A DNA stretch of 17,997 nucleotides. It comes from Synechococcus sp. (GTDB lineage: Bacteria; Cyanobacteriota; Cyanobacteriia; Thermostichales; PCC-7336). The stretch covers positions 1 through 17,997 of the forward strand of contig JBFRWD010000097.1 of assembly GCA_051439425.1 (NCBI GenBank). Direction: 5' to 3'. The position numbers and the translations under genes were made by a program. Of the stretch, positions 7,579-14,528 are shown one piece after another; position 1 is the stretch's first letter; every line of letters starts with the position of its first letter. The notes beneath the pieces are model-generated. The model was not told where the DNA came from. It saw nothing but the letters and a program-made list of their open reading frames with translations, and made no database searches.

Positions 7579-9036
7579 TTAGGAACGCTTGCTGCGATTA
7601 CGAATGGTTTTCGAGCGGCCGATCAGCGATCGGTAGTGGGTCGCATCCTTGAGGGAATTGCGCTCGCGCTCGGCGGCAAATTCCTGATTGAGGGCTTGCA
7701 AGTGCTCGATCTCTTCGCTGAATCCCGACATACGGCGATCGATCGCCATCCCCATGCGACGAAACAGCTTGGCCAACTGTCCCAGTTCGTCCGTCCGTTC
7801 TGCTAACCCATCGATGGGTTTGGGGTCAAACTGATTGGCCTCGATATCGCGGGCCGCTTGTCCTAACCGCGAAATGGGTATCGCAATCCAACGGGTACTG
7901 GCAATCACCCCCAACACAGCCGTAACGACTACCAAACCAAGGGCAATAACAGCCAAGCGCATAAAATTCTCGTTCAGCGTGTCGACGACGACCGATTTCG
8001 GCACGATCACCGTAGCCATCAACTTGTCCGGCAGCACCTCCTCCCACTCCTCCGGTTTCTCTAGGTAGCTCGACGCCACTAAATATCGAATCCCATTCAC
8101 ATCCAGCTCCATCGGTCTATCCCGATCGGGGGAGCACTCATTACGAGTAAAACAGTTCAAATATTTCAGCTCGTCTGGGGGCTCGGTGGCGGAGGGGATA
8201 GCCTCACCACGGCCGGTGCCATAGCGCACAAGAATGTGAGCGGAGGGGGCGTCTCCAGGGGTAATTTCTCCCACAATTGCCGCTAAGGCGGCGCTCAGGC
8301 GTTCGAGCGGTAAGTCGATCGCCAAGACCCCCAACAGGCGATTACCGGAGTCGCGCAGGGGCACGGATGCTGTAATGCCCGGTTCTTGAGTGCGAGCAAA
8401 TTGATAGACCTCCCCCAAAATGAGGCGATTGTAGGCGATCGCATCTCTGAACCACGGACGATTGATCGGATTGTAGACATTGGTATTGGCATCCCTGTCA
8501 TCGCGTATCCAGTCAAATTCGTTGGGGTCTGGACTTGTGAAAAATTGCCTGGGAGTGTTGACCTCCCGTAATTGCTCTAAGCGGTACCCTCCCCCCGTTA
8601 CTTGCTCCAGCTTGGTATACACTCCTTCGGTGCTGGCAAACAGCATGGAGGGGGGAAAGGTGTTGTCCACCACTTGTCCCGCCAAAAATTGTTCCACTTG
8701 GTCTAAGCAGCGATCGACATCAGACACGGCTTGGCAGTCTTGCCCCACGGACAGATTGTCGCTAGCTGCCGCATTGGTGGCCACTTGCAGCATCAAGAGA
8801 GGTTTTTCCAAGTAGTTCAGAATGCTATCGAGACTTCGATCTCTCACTTGCTGCCCCAACGATCTGGCCACTTGTGTAACCGCAGCATGTCCGCCCTTGA
8901 GAGCCAAATATTCCAAGATGCTGGCGGAGACGGCTAGCGGCACCACAATCATCAGGGGAAGAACAATTCGAATCGAGGTCAGACGCACGGCAGGGGCTCG
9001 GGTATGGGGATAGTTTGTATGGATCGGGCTGGCCAT
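7579..9036 (-). CDS. Membrane sensor with dCache-like extracytoplasmic domain and HAMP domain, no catalytic output domain
   Basis: 485 aa. TM1 IVLPLMIVVPLAVSASILEYLAL; Cache motifs YNPINRPWFRDA and GITASVPLRDSGNRLLGVLAIDL; TM2 LAVIALGLVVVTAVLGVIAS; HAMP PISRLGQAARDI...RTDELGQLAKLFRRM; ends about 50 aa later in a coiled coil. Confidence 0.85.
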   Translation of the reverse strand: MASPIHTNYPHTRAPAVRLTSIRIVLPLMIVVPLAVSASILEYLALKGGHAAVTQVARSLGQQVRDRSLDSILNYLEKPLLMLQVATNAAASDNLSVGQDCQAVSDVDRCLDQVEQFLAGQVVDNTFPPSMLFASTEGVYTKLEQVTGGGYRLEQLREVNTPRQFFTSPDPNEFDWIRDDRDANTNVYNPINRPWFRDAIAYNRLILGEVYQFARTQEPGITASVPLRDSGNRLLGVLAIDLPLERLSAALAAIVGEITPGDAPSAHILVRYGTGRGEAIPSATEPPDELKYLNCFTRNECSPDRDRPMELDVNGIRYLVASSYLEKPEEWEEVLPDKLMATVIVPKSVVVDTLNENFMRLAVIALGLVVVTAVLGVIASTRWIAIPISRLGQAARDIEANQFDPKPIDGLAERTDELGQLAKLFRRMGMAIDRRMSGFSEEIEHLQALNQEFAAERERNSLKDATHYRSLIGRSKTIRNRSKRS

Positions 9037-9042
9037 TTGCCC

Positions 9043-10542
9043 TTAAGACGACTGGACAGTCCCGGACGGGCGATCTCCCGAGGCAGAACTGTACTGCAAT
9101 TGCGTCAGCTGTCTGCGCCGCCACGCAAACTGCAGCACATTAACCCCCAGCTCTTGAGCCCCGCGAATGCAGGTACGACCCAGCCTGAGGGCCTCATCCG
9201 GCCCCCAGGCCGATGTCCAATCACCAATGGACAGCACCACCCCTCGCCATTGATAGAGCTGAGTGGCCCGATCGCTCACCGGTGGCAGTTGCCCGAACGC
9301 AAATGGTTGATTGCGCAGGGGATGATCGCGGCCCAATAGACCGGGCTCGGCTGGAGTCGGGGAGAGGGAATAGTTTAGGGATTGCTCTAATTGCTGGCGG
9401 AGTTCTCCCACTGTCGCCTCCAAGTCCTGTTGCACCGCCTGCAGCTCGCTAGCCAATTGCTGATGAATGTCATCCAATTCATGACGACGATCGGTCTCGG
9501 CGATCGCCGTTTCCAACTTGAACTCCATATCTGCCAGCTCGTCAATCGAATCGTGCGAGTGAGTCAACACCAGCAACACTCCACCTGAGTCTAGAAACTG
9601 CTTGAGGGTTGTGCGGGCGGCGGGATTGAGGGTTGCCAGTTGGCGATAGTCGGCGATCGCCAGATCGAAGTCTAGGGATTGGGGCACGTTGCTCGACAAG
9701 CGCACTACCTGCGGTGCCTCCCCCTGCAATCCTGGGTAGAGCACGGGCAAAGCCTGGAGCAAGTGGCTCGCACTGCGGTAACAATCGGGATCGACACCAT
9801 CTCTACAATCATCGGCAATACAGGCCACCCGAACCCCACCGAACGCACGAGCGCTCGCTCGCGGGCGAAAGCGCAGGTCAATCTGGTTGAGTTCGGGGGC
9901 AAAGACATTGGGGGCTGCCGATAGATGAATGGGTTCGGCAGATAGCGATAATCGGCACACTTCGATTTCGCTTTCGAGGGGTGGACGTGCCACTTCATCA
10001 ATGCGAAAGGTCTCGCGCACGCGATCGCCGCCTCCCTGTCCGTCCAATCCATCCGGATCGACATAGCGCAACACAATATAGACGGTGACGGAATCGCCTG
10101 TTGCTATTTCACCAGCGGTGCTTGAAACAGAAATAGTGGCTGCAGAGATATTCGCTGCAGAAATATTGGCTGCAGCTTTGGAAGACACCCGAAAAGGCAT
10201 GGGCTCGGGCACAACAATCGGATTGCCCAGCAGGTCGATCGCCACCCCCGGCTGCAGTTCGATCCAGCGATCGTCCTTATACGTAGACGGAATCTCGGCA
10301 GGAGCCGGGATCGCCGCCACCCCCAGACCGCAGACAATACCTGGTTGCTGCAGCGACTGGTAATGCAAGTTTTGCCGCTGGCGATGGTAGTTGTGAGCCA
10401 GTTGCCAGCGCTCGCGATCGATTAACAATCCATCAGTTACCCGCAAGCGTTCAAAGATTTGGGGGATAGGGGTAGAAGGCATCATGGGCTGGCGGTCGGG
10501 GCTAAATGGGCGGGATACGCGAACGGAACTGGCTGATTCCAT
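9043..10542 (-). CDS. CIS-associated protein: N-terminal baseplate/fibre-attachment-like domain plus C-terminal DUF4159-like domain
   Basis: 499 aa. N-terminus ERLRVTDGLLI...W...H.YHRQRQ...PGIVCGLGV...LQPGVAIDLLGNPIVV resembles baseplate-adjacent proteins of CIS loci. C-terminus LKQFLDSGGVLLV, HPLRNQPFAF, GDWTSAWG and AQELGVNVLQFA resemble DUF4159. Start may be the later MM. Confidence 0.65.
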   Translation of the reverse strand: MESASSVRVSRPFSPDRQPMMPSTPIPQIFERLRVTDGLLIDRERWQLAHNYHRQRQNLHYQSLQQPGIVCGLGVAAIPAPAEIPSTYKDDRWIELQPGVAIDLLGNPIVVPEPMPFRVSSKAAANISAANISAATISVSSTAGEIATGDSVTVYIVLRYVDPDGLDGQGGGDRVRETFRIDEVARPPLESEIEVCRLSLSAEPIHLSAAPNVFAPELNQIDLRFRPRASARAFGGVRVACIADDCRDGVDPDCYRSASHLLQALPVLYPGLQGEAPQVVRLSSNVPQSLDFDLAIADYRQLATLNPAARTTLKQFLDSGGVLLVLTHSHDSIDELADMEFKLETAIAETDRRHELDDIHQQLASELQAVQQDLEATVGELRQQLEQSLNYSLSPTPAEPGLLGRDHPLRNQPFAFGQLPPVSDRATQLYQWRGVVLSIGDWTSAWGPDEALRLGRTCIRGAQELGVNVLQFAWRRRQLTQLQYSSASGDRPSGTVQSS

Positions 10543-10558
10543 CGGTGGCTTATCGACC

Positions 10559-11686
10559 TCAGTGCGGGGTCGATCTGGGTGGAGATGCGGATAGAACAGG
10601 ACGACTTCGGCCAGGGGCGATCGCTAGGTCGTAGGTGCAAAAAGCTGGTTTTTCCTGCTCGATAATGGTGCGCAATAGCGATTCGTCGAGGAGCAGATCG
10701 GTGGGCGGGCGTAAGGTGACGGTGAAGTGAAACGGCCGTCCCCCCCCAACAATGGTGCTCAATCCCAGTTGACAGTCTCCAAGACTGAGCCCGCCGGGGG
10801 GCTGGTCTTGAATCTCGATCGCAGCCGGTTGGCCTGGAACATCCTCCAATGGCAGCCCCGTATACAAATGCAGGTACAGCCGCAGTCCTCGCCGCGTGCC
10901 TCGCCAGCGATAGATTTCAACCGCACGTCGGATCAGGCGACGTTGTTGCTGAACGGACCAGCGGGCATCACGAGTCCAGCCCACCCAATGGGCCAAAAAG
11001 GGCAGCAAGGCTTCCGGCGCTGTCAGCGGGTCGAGGTGAGCCCACATAGTGTTGAGGGTATGGACGCTGGGCTCGAATGCCTGTTCGAAGATGCTCAGCA
11101 GTCGCCCGATCGCATCCACTTCCCGATACAGATCTGGCAGAAAATCGAGATAGAGACTGGGGGGTCTGACGGCCAAGCGAGCGGTGGCAGCCACCTGCAC
11201 CTGTCGCCCGGAGTCCCGTTCGGTGGCTAACACCCGCACATGGGCGCGGTAATCCAACTGCAGGCGCTCGCCGTGGGGCAAGTGGTCTTGGCACTCGAAG
11301 AAGTCATCGGGAATGGAGACAAACAGCACCAAGGCCACCCGCTGGCGGGGTTGCACCTGCGAAGATTCCAGCGTCAAGCTGTACCACTGAGGCGGACAAT
11401 CCCCCTCCACCTGAATGTCTACATCTAAGGGGAGATCGCCGCTGTTGGTCAGATGCACCACCAACTCGCTCAGTTCTCCCGGTCGCACCAGTAAATCGGT
11501 AGCACACTGCTCCCGATCGCCACGAGTGCCCTTTGCCGTGACATCGACGATTCCCCCTCCCGCTCGCCGCCCATCGGCCCCCATCGCTGTCGATCCCCGA
11601 ACCGACGCCGGCACGGGAACCGCTTCTGGCACCCGCATGGGGGTCAGGTTCAATCCCAGGGCTGGTTGCAGGGTGGTTTGGGTCAA
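10559..11686 (-). CDS. Phage tail protein I-like (P2 gpI / TIGR02242-type) baseplate wedge protein with N-terminal Ig-like module
   Basis: YLDFLPDLYRE..RLLSIFEQ..LDPLTAPEALLPFLAHWVGW..QRRLIRRAVEIYRWRGTRRGLRLYL..IIEQEKPAFCTY. TTG start with GAGG upstream; directly follows the baseplate J-like gene. Confidence 0.88.
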   Translation of the reverse strand: MTQTTLQPALGLNLTPMRVPEAVPVPASVRGSTAMGADGRRAGGGIVDVTAKGTRGDREQCATDLLVRPGELSELVVHLTNSGDLPLDVDIQVEGDCPPQWYSLTLESSQVQPRQRVALVLFVSIPDDFFECQDHLPHGERLQLDYRAHVRVLATERDSGRQVQVAATARLAVRPPSLYLDFLPDLYREVDAIGRLLSIFEQAFEPSVHTLNTMWAHLDPLTAPEALLPFLAHWVGWTRDARWSVQQQRRLIRRAVEIYRWRGTRRGLRLYLHLYTGLPLEDVPGQPAAIEIQDQPPGGLSLGDCQLGLSTIVGGGRPFHFTVTLRPPTDLLLDESLLRTIIEQEKPAFCTYDLAIAPGRSRPVLSASPPRSTPH

Positions 11687-11748
11687 CTCAATTCCTCGCT
11701 GATTTGGGATTAACGTTCAGTTGGAGTCCACTCTTGGTGTGTACATCT

Positions 11749-11787
11749 CAAACACCATCAGGTCACAAACACCATCAGGTCACAAAC
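11749..11787. repeat. Perfect 17-bp tandem duplication spanning the baseplate gene stop codon
   Basis: caaacaccatcaggtca at 11749-11765 and 11766-11782, plus partial caaac at 11783-11787; the stop codon is at 11775-11777. Confidence 0.92.
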
Positions 11788-14003
11788 GTAATCGTGTGGC
11801 TGGCTCCCAACTGCAGGTCGCGCCACGAACAGGCCAGCTCCAGCGGAGCCAGCGAGATCGTGCGGTCGTGAGCTAACGTGCGAATCCAGAGGCCGTCCGG
11901 CTGCTGCCGCAGTTCAAACAGCTGAATGTCTCCCAAATAGCGCACCCCTTCAATGCCTTGAAACACCAACGCCACTGTCGAGGCATGAACGGTACCGCCA
12001 AACGGCCACCCCTTGCTGTCATTCCCCCCCACCAATGGATTGAGCAACCGATAGAGAGCTGCCAGCAACTGACGGCGAATCTCCTGCCTGGCCATTTCCG
12101 TGTTGTGTTCTGGAGCAATGCCCACTTCTGCCTGTACCGCCACTCCCACGTAGGTGGGTTGGCGGATGCGTGCCCTTACCCCCAGCAGGCAGCGCTCTTG
12201 CAAGTAAGCCACTAAGTCTTCCTGCAAGTTAGGTTGAACAGCCAGTCGGTCGGGATGCAACCCTTCAGTGGCTATCGCTTCTGTCCGAGCCTGCGGCACC
12301 ACCCACACGTCAATCGTCCCGGGTGTCGCCGTTTTGTCACGCAACGGTGGACAGCAAGCCCGCGCCACCCGTCCCAAACTGCCTTCTAGAGTCAAGGTTT
12401 CAAAGTCTTCGGGGGTAACAGCACGATTGCGGGTCCGGAATAGTCGCGGTACTCGCAAGACGGCATCTTCTAGGGATTCGGAATCTCGACCGTTGCGGGC
12501 GGGCTGGTAATTGGCAATTTGAGAGACGTAGGGGACGGCGGTTTTGAGGGTGTTGATGGTGCCTGCCTGTACGTTGCCGACTCGTCCTCCCCCCGTGCGA
12601 TAGGCCGCCATGCAAATACGGGCCCCCCGCTGGGGGACGGCACCGTATTGCCGTTCTTGGAGTTGTCGACCCAGCGGCGCATCGGCTTCGGTCCTTAACT
12701 CGGTTTCGGACTCCAGCAACAGGTTGCTAGAGACCTGCGATCGCATCCGCGCCTGAGTATCTTCTCTCAGCTGTCCCGGCTCCCGCACCAAGGGGCCAAA
12801 CACCACCTCTCCGCTGAGGGAATCCAACACGTAATGCAAATCGTTGGGGCCGGAATCGGCAAAGTCACTCACCTCCTGCCAAATCTCTGGCAAACCGATG
12901 GACGGAGGGGTGACCAACAAATGTTCGCCCGAACGGCGGGGTAAAACGGGGCGTTCTTGTAAGGCAAACCGCTGGCCGGGAGTGCCGTCACTGTCTCCCA
13001 GTACATCATCGGTTACCACCTGACATTGACTGGAGGCCACCGTCCCCCCCACCGATCGCACCGACCACCCCATCACTTGCGGAGAGGCCAAATAATTTGT
13101 CCCTCCCTCCGTATCCTGAGTGCAAACGCAGCGCAGCCAGTGGCCGCGATATCCCGAGAAGGTGGTTACCGGCCATTGCACCGGTACGTGCACCAACACA
13201 TCTGCTTCGCTTAGGGCATTCGGGACATCCGCTCCTGGAACGCCACTAAAGCTAAACCCTTTAGTGGCATCGTCAGCCGCTTGGCGCAACACCGGTATCC
13301 AACCATTGCCATCCCATGCCTGCCACTGACGGGGAGGATCGTCAGGGTTAATGCCCGTCGAGGTCGCCACCTGACCACTAACGGCGATCGAGATCGCATT
13401 ACCTTCAATATCTGCATTCGGAGAAAAGACTAAATAAAAGCAGTTACCTGTCCGGGGTCGCTCGTTAAAGATGTATTGCTCTGGACCCGCCCAACTCCCG
13501 TCCAGAGCTTGTCTCCACAATCCGGCAAAGCAGTCACGCAGTTCGTCTGGCTGCTCGTCCGCCAGTTCTGCCCGCAAAAAATGCTGAATGCGGGGCACAC
13601 CGATTGTTAACGGCACATCCGTACTGAAGACAATCGCTTCTTCGGTTTCCGTCCGCTCAGTGGCCACCTCGGTACCGGCGGGAATAACGTACCGCTCCGG
13701 CAGGCTGGCGGTCAGATAAAACGACATGTTGGTCTGGGCAGGAGCTGGAGGCTGCAACCGGATACCCAGCATTTCTAGAAAGGTAACGTAGTTGCGGCGG
13801 GGCACTTGGTTGAACCGCAACAGCATTTGGTCGGTCAGCCACGCAAACAACTCCACCAGCGTGATGCCCGGATCGCTGGGATTGAAGTTCGTCCATTCGG
13901 GGCAATAGCGGGGAATGCGTAGCAGGCATTCTTCCACCAAATCTTGAAATTGCCGATCGTCCAGATCGGATTTGGGCAGCGTTGGCAGAAAATCGAATTC
14001 CAT
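11775..14003 (-). CDS. Putative baseplate assembly protein (baseplate J/gp6-like, TIGR02243-type) of a contractile injection system
   Basis: 742 aa. LPKSDLDDRQFQDLVEECLLRIPRYCPEWTNFNPSDPGITLVELFAWLTDQMLLRFNQVPRRNYVTFLEMLGI, LGDSDGTPGQRF, QYGAVP, YRTGGG..GNV, RNRAVTPEDFE and GWPFGG motifs. ATG overlaps the gp25 stop (TAATG). Confidence 0.93.
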   Translation of the reverse strand: MEFDFLPTLPKSDLDDRQFQDLVEECLLRIPRYCPEWTNFNPSDPGITLVELFAWLTDQMLLRFNQVPRRNYVTFLEMLGIRLQPPAPAQTNMSFYLTASLPERYVIPAGTEVATERTETEEAIVFSTDVPLTIGVPRIQHFLRAELADEQPDELRDCFAGLWRQALDGSWAGPEQYIFNERPRTGNCFYLVFSPNADIEGNAISIAVSGQVATSTGINPDDPPRQWQAWDGNGWIPVLRQAADDATKGFSFSGVPGADVPNALSEADVLVHVPVQWPVTTFSGYRGHWLRCVCTQDTEGGTNYLASPQVMGWSVRSVGGTVASSQCQVVTDDVLGDSDGTPGQRFALQERPVLPRRSGEHLLVTPPSIGLPEIWQEVSDFADSGPNDLHYVLDSLSGEVVFGPLVREPGQLREDTQARMRSQVSSNLLLESETELRTEADAPLGRQLQERQYGAVPQRGARICMAAYRTGGGRVGNVQAGTINTLKTAVPYVSQIANYQPARNGRDSESLEDAVLRVPRLFRTRNRAVTPEDFETLTLEGSLGRVARACCPPLRDKTATPGTIDVWVVPQARTEAIATEGLHPDRLAVQPNLQEDLVAYLQERCLLGVRARIRQPTYVGVAVQAEVGIAPEHNTEMARQEIRRQLLAALYRLLNPLVGGNDSKGWPFGGTVHASTVALVFQGIEGVRYLGDIQLFELRQQPDGLWIRTLAHDRTISLAPLELACSWRDLQLGASHTITFVT

Positions 14004-14419
14004 TACTCGTCCTCCCCTGCCGTCGGCAACAAGTAGAAGGGATACACCATGCTGCGCGGCTCGAAATATCCCTTAGGTTGATAGCGGATGGCAATATCCA
14101 CCCGTCCCCGCAGCGGATCGGGTTCCGTCAAAATCCCCAAAAGTTCGACTCGGGGTTCCCAGCGTTCGATCGCCTCCCGCACGTACAGGCGAACTCTCCG
14201 CAAAGTCTGGGCATTCATGGGGGCAAATGCCAACTCGGACAAGCGGGAACCAAATGTCGGTCGATACACTCGCTCGCCGATGCGGGTGCGCAAAATGATG
14301 CGCATAGACTCCTCTAAGTTGAGTCCATTACTGCTGAGTTGGATGCCTCCCTGCACGGTCAAGCGCAGCGGAAACCCCCATCCGCGACCAATGAATTCCT
14401 CGCTCGACCCTTCGGGCAT
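14003..14419 (-). CDS. GPW/gp25-family baseplate wedge (sheath initiator) protein
   Basis: FIGRGWGFPL, IILRTRIGERVYRPTFGSRL, AIERWEPRVEL, MVYPFYL. ATG at 14419 has GGAGG 6 nt upstream and is preferred over the TTG at 14425. Confidence 0.94.
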   Translation of the reverse strand: MPEGSSEEFIGRGWGFPLRLTVQGGIQLSSNGLNLEESMRIILRTRIGERVYRPTFGSRLSELAFAPMNAQTLRRVRLYVREAIERWEPRVELLGILTEPDPLRGRVDIAIRYQPKGYFEPRSMVYPFYLLPTAGEDE

Positions 14420-14528
14420 AACCAACCTCCGACGGAATCCGCCGTATGGGTTGCTTGCACGCTATCCAGCCCCTCTGCGATCGGCCATTCGCCAAAAGTC
14501 GAACTGGCAGGTTTCTTAATACAATCTG

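Noticed and set aside
10559..14419. Prophage tail region
   Set aside because: No capsid, terminase, portal, integrase or lysis genes. The baseplate type, host-like HIP1 density and membrane-sensor neighbours fit a domesticated CIS.
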